Of a stretch of DNA of 20,000 nt, positions 10,953 through 17,523 are shown in pieces (positions within the stretch are counted from its first letter, which is position 1; every line of letters begins with the position of its first letter). A model generated the notes under the pieces. That model had not been told where the DNA came from. It worked only from the letters and a program-made list of their open reading frames with translations, and ran no database searches. The stretch is taken from the IMG/VR virus record IMGVR_UViG_3300020048_000111, one strand, 5' to 3'. The stretch comes from an uncultured virus (IMG/VR IMGVR_UViG_3300020048_000111) (Duplodnaviria; Heunggongvirae; Uroviricota; Caudoviricetes). Position numbers and translations under genes: made by a program.

Positions 10953-10976
10953 TAATATGGCATTTATGCTATATTA
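10953..10976 (+). other. AT-rich inverted repeat/hairpin immediately after the giant genes
   Basis: TAATATGGCA-TTTA-TGCTATATTA forms a 10-bp stem with one G-T pair. There is no downstream U-tract, so function is uncertain. Confidence 0.3.
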
Positions 10977-11021
10977 ACACTAAAATAAAAAAATAGCAAA
11001 AGGAAAAACAACTAATAAATG

Positions 11022-11029
11022 TATATTTG
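11022..11029 (+). promoter_or_regulatory. Possible Bacteroidota sigma-A -7 element (TAnnTTTG) upstream of the peptidase
   Basis: TATATTTG lies 16 bp before the ATG at 11046 in an A-rich intergenic stretch. No matching -33 TTG seen at the expected spacing. Confidence 0.35.
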
Positions 11030-11045
11030 TAAGAGCAAAGAGCCT

Positions 11046-11519
11046 ATGAAACTCTCAGAACATTTAACATTAGCAGAAGTAATTCGCAGTGATACTGCAA
11101 AGAGAAATGGTATTAGTAATATACCTACAGATAATCATCTTGATAGTTTAAAAATTCTTGCTGAAAAGATATTTGAACCTATAAGAACTCATTTTGATGT
11201 TCCTATTTATGTATCAAGTGGGTATAGAAGTGCAGAGTTAAATAAACTAATAAAAGGAGCCACATCAAGTCAGCATTTAAAAGGTGAAGCACTAGATTTA
11301 GATCAAGATGGTTCTCCTTATGGCATTACAAATGCTAACGTATTTAATTACATTAAAGACCATCTCTCATTTGATCAATTAATTTGGGAAGCAGGAAATA
11401 ATCAAAATCCTGATTGGGTACATGTAAGCTTTAATACTTCATCCGGAGGAATACAAAGGAAACAAGTATTAAGGATGACAAAATTTGGAGGAGCAATTCA
11501 ATACCTACCTTATAAGTAA
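11046..11519 (+). CDS. Peptidase M15A family Zn peptidoglycan hydrolase (probable endolysin)
   Basis: SSGYRSAELN...SSQHLKGEALD...FDQLIWE...WVHVS carries the H-x6-D...H Zn ligands of M15. The start is more likely the ATG at 11046 (MKLSEHLTL) than 11019. Confidence 0.9.
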   Translation: MKLSEHLTLAEVIRSDTAKRNGISNIPTDNHLDSLKILAEKIFEPIRTHFDVPIYVSSGYRSAELNKLIKGATSSQHLKGEALDLDQDGSPYGITNANVFNYIKDHLSFDQLIWEAGNNQNPDWVHVSFNTSSGGIQRKQVLRMTKFGGAIQYLPYK

Positions 11520-11525
11520 TACAAT

Positions 11526-12569
11526 ATGAAGATATCAAAGCAAATAGGTTGGAATGAAGAAAGTAATTTACTTTTTCAAATAACACAATATTTGGAAAGG
11601 CTTACTAGGTTAGTAGCAAAGGTACAGGGTACTGTTGATCCTACTAAAACTTCTGATCTTCTAAATGATAGTGGATTTATAACTATTGCTGATGTCCCTT
11701 CCACTACAAATGAATTAACTAATGATAGTGGTTTTATTACAGGAGCAGGTGTATCTACAAATGAAACTGATCCTCTTTCTTTACATACAGATCAAACTGC
11801 TCCACAAACTCTTGTAAATGGTATTCCTTTATTAGAATCTACAAGAAACATAACAACAGATCATCAACTTGTAGATAAGTATTATGTAGATACAAGACCT
11901 ACAGGAGGTGTAAAATCTTGGTACTTTACAAAAACAGCTTCTGATATAGCAGGAATGTATGTTGCTCAAACAGCTCTTCCTTTAAATGCAATACAGACTA
12001 TTGCTGTAGCAGCAAATGATGGGGAAACTACAATTGCTGAATTTCTCACACCATTAAGTACTCCTGATTATAGAGTAATTGAAGGTATGAGATTTTTTTA
12101 TGTAACAGCAAAGGTGTCTCATGTTAATAAAGTGACACAATTAAGAGGAGAGGTGTGGCTCACTGACTTAAATGGTGCAAATGGTGTATTACTAAGAACA
12201 TCATCTCCTACCATTCCATTAACTATAGTGGATGCAGAATATGTAGTGTCAGTATATGGTGAATCTTTATTTATTGATCATACCACTACAAGGGTGTTAT
12301 TTAAAATAATTGCAATAAAAGAGGTGGGGGGAGTTGCCCCTACAGTTACTCTCACTGTTGATGATGACACATTTTCAAGACTTGATGTTCCTTCTCCTGT
12401 AGGTGTAACTGAATTAATAGCTATAGATGACACACACACTGCTAGTATAAATAATGTAGGTAAAATCAGATATAGGGTGAGTGGTACTAATAGTTATTGT
12501 GATATGGTAATGCAGACAAGTGCAAATACATATGCATGGATTAATATAATACAAAATAACTGGACATGA
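11526..12569 (+). CDS. Tail fibre-like protein with N-terminal IS[KR]QIGW module and NDSGFIT repeats
   Basis: N-terminus MKISKQIGWNEESNLL. Two repeats, TKTSDLLNDSGFIT and TTNELTNDSGFIT, plus LVDKYYVD, resemble phage fibre shaft motifs. The remainder is Thr/Val-rich and beta-like. Confidence 0.65.
   Translation: MKISKQIGWNEESNLLFQITQYLERLTRLVAKVQGTVDPTKTSDLLNDSGFITIADVPSTTNELTNDSGFITGAGVSTNETDPLSLHTDQTAPQTLVNGIPLLESTRNITTDHQLVDKYYVDTRPTGGVKSWYFTKTASDIAGMYVAQTALPLNAIQTIAVAANDGETTIAEFLTPLSTPDYRVIEGMRFFYVTAKVSHVNKVTQLRGEVWLTDLNGANGVLLRTSSPTIPLTIVDAEYVVSVYGESLFIDHTTTRVLFKIIAIKEVGGVAPTVTLTVDDDTFSRLDVPSPVGVTELIAIDDTHTASINNVGKIRYRVSGTNSYCDMVMQTSANTYAWINIIQNNWT
11643..11741 (+). repeat. Two in-frame copies of the NDSGFIT fibre repeat
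   Basis: aatgatagtggatttataact versus aatgatagtggttttattaca, 57 bp apart. Confidence 0.8.
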
Positions 12570-13144
12570 GTGTAAAACATATATCAGATAAATACGAAAA
12601 TTTAGCAGGAGCTCCTCATGATGATATGTTAGGAACAATTCTAACAGGTATAACAGGGGCTAATCAATGGAATGTTAAAAATGTAAATAATACTCTTTAT
12701 CCTCTTCAATTTTTAAGGGATAATAGTACAGATTTTTTCTGTTTTCATGCTCAAAGCCCTCATACAAGAAAACAAGGGGCACTTATAGATAGTATACATA
12801 TTCATTATTTATTAGATGCTGCATATACAGCAAATCAGACTCTTGTATTTGATGTATTCTATACATGGGTGATACCTGGCACTGTTTTTCCTGCATTAGC
12901 AAATTGGACTTCTGTTACAGGAATAAGTATTGTTTTAAGTACAGGAAATTTAGCTCAATATTATACAGGCATTACTTCTCTTGTAGTAAATATTGCTCCT
13001 CCTTCTCCTGAAGGATATGGAACAGGTCTTGTAGTTAGAATAGTTAGAGGAGATGGTACTTACTCTGGAGAGTTAGGAATTTGGTGGGCAGATGCTCATA
13101 TACAAAAAGACAGGCTTGGAAGCAATAATGAAATAAATGATTAA
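12566..13144 (+). CDS. Hypothetical beta-rich protein, probably tail/virion-associated
   Basis: 192-aa ORF coupled to the upstream gene by an ATGA overlap. Alternating hydrophobic strand patterns; no family recognised. Confidence 0.55.
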   Translation: MSVKHISDKYENLAGAPHDDMLGTILTGITGANQWNVKNVNNTLYPLQFLRDNSTDFFCFHAQSPHTRKQGALIDSIHIHYLLDAAYTANQTLVFDVFYTWVIPGTVFPALANWTSVTGISIVLSTGNLAQYYTGITSLVVNIAPPSPEGYGTGLVVRIVRGDGTYSGELGIWWADAHIQKDRLGSNNEIND

Positions 13145-13155
13145 ATTCCTATAAA

Positions 13156-13290
13156 ATGGCAAAAATTAGTAGACAAATAGGTTGGAATCAAGAGGAAATC
13201 ATACTTAATGAAATCCTGAAACAGTTACAGAAATTAACAATGGTGGTAAATCAACTCACTGTAACCACAACAACAACAGCTATACCATAA
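13156..13290 (+). CDS. Small 44-aa protein absent from the ORF track: IS[KR]QIGW module plus poly-Thr tail
   Basis: Manual translation MAKISRQIGWNQEEIILNEILKQLQKLTMVVNQLTVTTTTTAIP*. It fills the gap between genes, its stop overlaps the next ATG (TAATG), and it is clearly homologous to the N-termini of 11526 and 13290. Confidence 0.88.
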   Translation: MAKISRQIGWNQEEIILNEILKQLQKLTMVVNQLTVTTTTTAIP

Positions 13291-13820
13291 TGATCTCACG
13301 ACAAATTGGATGGACTCAAAAATCTAACCTTCTTTATGAAGTGTTAAGAGGGTTTACAAGACTCACAAGTGTTGTATCAGCCAAAATTATATCATTAATT
13401 GTAAACATAATTAATAGTATAACAGGAGAATCTGATACCACTTATGAGGATGCAACCTCTTCCCTTGTAATTATGTATGGAGGAACAGGAGGAGGCACTG
13501 TGCTTGAAAACTTAAATGAACTTGATGTTATATTAGGAGGGCCAGGAGGATTTACAACAAACTTATCAGCCCTTAATGACATAGATATTCTATCCGGAGG
13601 AACAGGAAATCATGCATCAGAATATAGTGCATGGGTTTCTCTTTTGACACTTGTGAACTATCCGGGTAATGCAATAGTTACAACTTTAACAGGGGATTAC
13701 ATTGTATCAGTTGACGGTAAATATATTTTAACAGTTGACGGATTTGTGCCCTTAAATGCAATGAGAACATTAACAGGTGAGCCCGTAGTAACAATTAACA
13801 ATGAATACATAACAATTTAA
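13290..13820 (+). CDS. IS[KR]QIGW-module protein with Gly-rich internal repeats, probably structural
   Basis: N-terminus MISRQIGWTQKSNLL. Three repeats LVIMYGGTGG / LDVILGGPGG / IDILSGGTGN, and a duplicated C-terminal motif TLTGDYIVSVDGKYI / TLTGEPVVTINNEYI. Confidence 0.7.
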   Translation: MISRQIGWTQKSNLLYEVLRGFTRLTSVVSAKIISLIVNIINSITGESDTTYEDATSSLVIMYGGTGGGTVLENLNELDVILGGPGGFTTNLSALNDIDILSGGTGNHASEYSAWVSLLTLVNYPGNAIVTTLTGDYIVSVDGKYILTVDGFVPLNAMRTLTGEPVVTINNEYITI

Positions 13821-13834
13821 AAAAACTTAAAATC

Positions 13835-14347
13835 ATGGCAAACGTACCAATAGTTACAGAAGTAACAAAAGCACAATTAGATGCACTTGTAGCAGCTAAC
13901 GGATTGAATGAAGGATTGCAATATAAGGTAACCGATAAAGGCTATAATGTCCTTGCAACAAGTGCAAGTACTTATATTATAACTGGTGCAATTCCTTACA
14001 AAAAATGGATAGGACAATTAACAAAACTGGCAGGTGTATTCGGATTTATAGAATTTGAAAATACTTTTGGAGAGGCTATATCTTGGAGTCAGTATGAAGA
14101 ACTGGGAGTCCCTACACCTGGATTGTATGTACCAGTTAAGGCAACTCCTTTTGTTGTCGATAAAATATTTTTTCCAAACATATATCTATTATTAGATTAT
14201 TTGCAGTTGGCTGATGGTCAGATGGGGTTAATTACGATAGATGAAGCGTCAGGATTGATAAATGTGAGTGTTATGGATTCAACTGGCGCGCAGACCGATT
14301 CGTGGGGTGTAACTCGTATTTATGTCGAAATAAGGGAGTATTATTGA
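13835..14347 (+). CDS. Hypothetical tail-fibre-associated protein
   Basis: N-terminal VTKAQLDALVAANGLNEGLQYKVTD and YKKWIGQLT...ENTFG...W segments resemble motifs recalled from Bacteroidota phage fibre proteins. A-rich leader. Confidence 0.5.
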   Translation: MANVPIVTEVTKAQLDALVAANGLNEGLQYKVTDKGYNVLATSASTYIITGAIPYKKWIGQLTKLAGVFGFIEFENTFGEAISWSQYEELGVPTPGLYVPVKATPFVVDKIFFPNIYLLLDYLQLADGQMGLITIDEASGLINVSVMDSTGAQTDSWGVTRIYVEIREYY

Positions 14348-14396
14348 TAATACGGCTTAGTTTACCTTGACAACAATTAACATCTATTAATAAAAC

Positions 14397-14657
14397 ATGA
14401 ATATGAAAACAATAACAATTCTTTGGAAAAGATTTTGGGCAGACACACCTAAATTTCTTGTTAAATTCCGTAATTTATGTCTTGCATTAGCAGCTATGTG
14501 TGGGGCAGCTTTGGGTGTTATTTCTCAATATGATGTTGATGTTTCATATAAAGGAATATTAATAAATGTCCTGTTGATAAGCACAAGTATTGCAGCAGGT
14601 TTACAGTTTTCTACATCAGATAAGGATGTTCAACATCTTAGTGATAAAACAATTTAA
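14397..14657 (+). CDS. Holin-like small membrane protein
   Basis: 86 aa with a basic amphipathic N-terminus (WKRFWADTPKF), two hydrophobic segments (LCLALAAMCGAALGVI; GILINVLLISTSIAAGL) and a charged C-tail. Starts M-N-M-K, a possible dual start. Confidence 0.6.
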   Translation: MNMKTITILWKRFWADTPKFLVKFRNLCLALAAMCGAALGVISQYDVDVSYKGILINVLLISTSIAAGLQFSTSDKDVQHLSDKTI

Positions 14658-14668
14658 TACTAAATACA

Positions 14669-14911
14669 ATGATACCAAATAAAAGAGATTTAAAGGGTTT
14701 TGTTAGACTTGATGGTAGTGGGCGCACTGTAAGCAGTTCATTGATACTCAGGAAAAAGATGCCTAAGGTGGGCAAATGGATGGAAGTGCAAACATATGAA
14801 TGTTGCAATTACACAACTACCACAAGCACCTCCACAACTGCTAGTCCTACCACTACTACTACAAGTACCACAGCAACACCAACAACTACAACAACCACAA
14901 CTGTTCAATAA
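14669..14911 (+). CDS. Small basic protein with DGxGR head, CC motif and mucin-like Thr/Ser tail (paralog 1)
   Basis: LKGFVRLDGSGRTV...MPKVGKWMEV...ECCNY followed by 30 aa containing 22 Thr and 4 Ser. Confidence 0.85.
   Translation: MIPNKRDLKGFVRLDGSGRTVSSSLILRKKMPKVGKWMEVQTYECCNYTTTTSTSTTASPTTTTTSTTATPTTTTTTTVQ
14813..14902 (+). repeat. Low-complexity ACN-codon tract encoding TTTTSTSTTASPTTTTTSTTATPTTTTTTT
   Basis: Mixed ACA/ACT/ACC codons in frame within 14669..14911. Confidence 0.9.
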
Positions 14912-14920
14912 TCTAATATT

Positions 14921-15118
14921 ATGGCATACATAGAAAACCCAACACCAAGCCCTTTTCCTAAATGGAAATTGAAATCTTTTGCACGAAGAGATGGTAATGG
15001 AAGAGTAATTCCAGGAAGTAATGTTTCACGTAGAACCATGCCCAAGGGGGGGGATTGGTTTGAAATTCCACCTACACAATGTTGCACAGGTACAACTACA
15101 ACTTTAACACCAACATAA
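14921..15118 (+). CDS. Small protein with DGxGR head, CC motif and short Thr tail (paralog 2)
   Basis: LKSFARRDGNGRVI...MPKGGDWFEI...QCCTGTTTTLTPT aligns without gaps to the upstream gene. Confidence 0.85.
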   Translation: MAYIENPTPSPFPKWKLKSFARRDGNGRVIPGSNVSRRTMPKGGDWFEIPPTQCCTGTTTTLTPT

Positions 15119-15121
15119 GAA

Positions 15122-15526
15122 ATGGCTATTTTTCCTAAAAATATGATGAATAATGCTTCTGGAGAATTAACTCTTGAGAGCATTGCAGGTAAGTTAACTT
15201 GGTTTCATATTGAGTTAAATTTACTACATTGGCAAACAATGAGTCTTGCAGAACATCAATGCACTGGCATTCTTTATGATTATGTGCATGATTTTCAAGA
15301 TTCAACTATGGAGAAACTGATGGGATATGCTAATAGACGTGTAGGTGTTTATAAAATTGATCCATTAAATATGATGTCTATATTAGCTGTTGTAAATGAA
15401 TTATTATCTTTTGCTTCAAGTTTAAAAGCTTATGGAGAAAATAATTCTTATCATGATATATGTAATCTGGCAGATTCATTATCAGGAGAAGCAGCTAAAG
15501 CACGATACTTATTAACTCTCTCCTAA
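15122..15526 (+). CDS. Ferritin/Dps-like four-helix protein (phage DUF5856-like)
   Basis: LLHWQT..AEH...LYD....QD..ME..MG and C-terminal YLLTL resemble the Dps HW-x-H-x-D-x-E pattern in short phage ferritin-like proteins. Confidence 0.72.
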   Translation: MAIFPKNMMNNASGELTLESIAGKLTWFHIELNLLHWQTMSLAEHQCTGILYDYVHDFQDSTMEKLMGYANRRVGVYKIDPLNMMSILAVVNELLSFASSLKAYGENNSYHDICNLADSLSGEAAKARYLLTLS

Positions 15527-15535
15527 GGAATATAT

Positions 15536-15817
15536 ATGGAAGTATATAAAAGAAACTTTCCTAAGATAATGAGAGATAATGATGAGCTCTATTTTGCCCA
15601 CTTGCAAGGAATTATAGAAGCAGTTGACGAGTTTTCTACAATGGAAATAATTAAGCTTGAGGATAAATATCATTTCAGAATCGCACCATCAATTCCTCTG
15701 TATGCTCAACCTCTTCTACATGAAATATTAAAATTGAATACAATTTATGGTATTCAGTTAAATTTAAGCAAGAGCATGAGAATAACAAGTACCATCTCCT
15801 TTTTAATAGAACTGTAA
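15536..15817 (+). CDS. Hypothetical protein
   Basis: 93-aa co-oriented ORF, 9 bp after the previous stop. No motif recognised. Confidence 0.65.
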   Translation: MEVYKRNFPKIMRDNDELYFAHLQGIIEAVDEFSTMEIIKLEDKYHFRIAPSIPLYAQPLLHEILKLNTIYGIQLNLSKSMRITSTISFLIEL

Positions 15818-15832
15818 ATGATAGAATAATTT

Positions 15833-15937
15833 ATGGAAGAAACACAAATAGAAAAAAAAGAAAATTGGAAGCCTCTTAAAAATTATGATAACTATTTTGT
15901 ATCAGATTTAGGATTTGACATAATAATCAATAATTAA
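15833..15937 (+). pseudogene. Truncated NUMOD4 (HNH homing endonuclease) remnant
   Basis: Manual translation MEETQIEKKENWKPLKNYDNYFVSDLGFDIIINN*. It matches the NUMOD4 start (E.WKP...Y.VS.LG) and the N-terminus of 16957, then breaks off after SDLG. Confidence 0.7.
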
Positions 15938-15985
15938 AGTTGATTTCTTTGAAATAAATAAAAATACAAAAAATAATACATTCTT

Positions 15986-16924
15986 ATGAAACTTAAAAAA
16001 ACTCTATTATTAACAAGCTTAATAACAGCAATTGTTGGAGCGTTAATAATTTTATATTATTCAACTAAAACTATTCCTTATGTTGAATATTCTCCTTCAT
16101 TTCAACAGCGTGGAGATGTTCTTACAGAAGATAGAGTTCCTAAGGATATAAGTGATTCTTTATTCATGGTAGAAGTAGAGCAGTTACAATTTAAGGATGA
16201 GGTGAGGAATGAGTTAAATAATAATAAAATTAATTGGGGAGGAGTTGTTGCCAGTGGAGGAATTATTATTAGTGCTCTGTTGGGGATATTAGGATTGATG
16301 TTTAAATGGATAGATAGTAAAAGGTCTATGGATATTTCGGAAGTGAAACTTTCTTTGTCCTCTCTACATTATGAAACAAAACAAATTATTGATTCTAATC
16401 ATACAGAGGTGTTAAAAAAGTTAGATGATAATGCTGAACAACATTCTGTTATTTTTAATAAACTTTCTATTGTAGAAGATTTGACAGTGAGAAAAGACAT
16501 AAAAGAATCCTTTAGGTCTATCAGCAGGAATTACATGCATTATCAAAAAGGAAACATACCTGAAAAATTACAAACATTAATAACAGCACAATCAGAAAGA
16601 CTAATAGAACTATCAGATCAAATAATGACAGAAAATTTTACAGATGCTATATTTGATGTAGCTGTAGTGAAAATTGATCAGCAATGCGAAATAGCGTGTA
16701 GACAAGTGAAAGAACTTTTTGATGAAGAATTTATTTCTTATTATAAAAGAGCACAAGCAAAAGCAATAAAATGTTTTAAACAAAATTTAAAATCAATTGC
16801 TTTTGACCAGGAATTTAATGGAAAATATGATAGATATAAAAGAGCAGGGGAAGCTTTCTTAGACCTTCTAATTCCATTAACAATCGCTGAATACAAAAAA
16901 TTCATTGAAACAAAGCAAAATTGA
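15986..16924 (+). CDS. Hypothetical membrane protein with two predicted TM helices and a ~200-aa helical C-terminal domain
   Basis: Hydrophobic segments TLLLTSLITAIVGALIILYY and GGVVASGGIIISALLGILGLMF; charged helical C-terminus. Confidence 0.7.
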   Translation: MKLKKTLLLTSLITAIVGALIILYYSTKTIPYVEYSPSFQQRGDVLTEDRVPKDISDSLFMVEVEQLQFKDEVRNELNNNKINWGGVVASGGIIISALLGILGLMFKWIDSKRSMDISEVKLSLSSLHYETKQIIDSNHTEVLKKLDDNAEQHSVIFNKLSIVEDLTVRKDIKESFRSISRNYMHYQKGNIPEKLQTLITAQSERLIELSDQIMTENFTDAIFDVAVVKIDQQCEIACRQVKELFDEEFISYYKRAQAKAIKCFKQNLKSIAFDQEFNGKYDRYKRAGEAFLDLLIPLTIAEYKKFIETKQN

Positions 16925-16934
16925 TGTATCTTTG
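16905..16934 (+). promoter_or_regulatory. Bacteroidota-type sigma-A promoter (TTG-N19-TAnnTTTG) upstream of the HNH gene
   Basis: TTG at 16905-16907, a 19-bp spacer, then TATCTTTG at 16927-16934, 22 bp before the ATG at 16957. Confidence 0.6.
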
Positions 16935-16956
16935 AATAACTAAAACCAAACTACAT

Positions 16957-17523
16957 ATGAGCAGAGATGAACAACAAAAAGAAGAAATCTGGAAACCTAT
17001 TAAAGGATTTGAAGACAGATATCAAATAAGTAACTATGGTAATGTAGAGAGTTTAACTAGAGAAGTTACAGAGTATAGACGTACTTATATCCGAAAAGGA
17101 AAAATACTAAATAAGTATTACGATAAAGAAGGGTATTATAAGGTGAAATTATACAAAGGAGATGCAACTTTTAGAAATGCTCCTGTACATAGATTAATTG
17201 CTGAAACATTTTTAGATAATTCTAATAATTATAAGGAAGTAAATCACAAAGATGGTAATCCAAATAACAATTATATAGATAATTTAGAATGGTGTTCAAA
17301 AAATCAGAATGTAAAACATGCTTATGATACAGGATTAAAAAAATTAGAGAATTATACAGGGGAAGGAAATGCATGTTCAAAATTAACTAAAGAGCAAGTT
17401 ATATCCATAAGAGAAGAATATGCAACAGGAACTACATCTTTAAATAAATTAGCTAAGAAGTATAGTGTGGTAATGGGGAATATTCATTCAATCATAAAAC
17501 GTAATACTTGGAAATATGTTTAA
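16957..17523 (+). CDS. Free-standing NUMOD4-HNH homing endonuclease with C-terminal HTH-like DNA-binding region
   Basis: EEIWKPIKGFEDRYQISNYG (NUMOD4); VHRLIAETF...VNHKDGNPNNNYIDNLEW (HNH); SKLTKEQV..IRE...LAKKYSV...TWKYV. Confidence 0.93.
   Translation: MSRDEQQKEEIWKPIKGFEDRYQISNYGNVESLTREVTEYRRTYIRKGKILNKYYDKEGYYKVKLYKGDATFRNAPVHRLIAETFLDNSNNYKEVNHKDGNPNNNYIDNLEWCSKNQNVKHAYDTGLKKLENYTGEGNACSKLTKEQVISIREEYATGTTSLNKLAKKYSVVMGNIHSIIKRNTWKYV

Noticed and set aside
11019..11045. ATG at 11019 as the peptidase start
   Set aside because: Family-like sequence begins at MKLSEH (11046), and the extension overlaps a candidate promoter box.
14813..14902. ACN tract as a microsatellite, phase-variation tract or CRISPR-like array
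   Set aside because: Codons are mixed synonymous, in frame, and there is no repeat-spacer periodicity.
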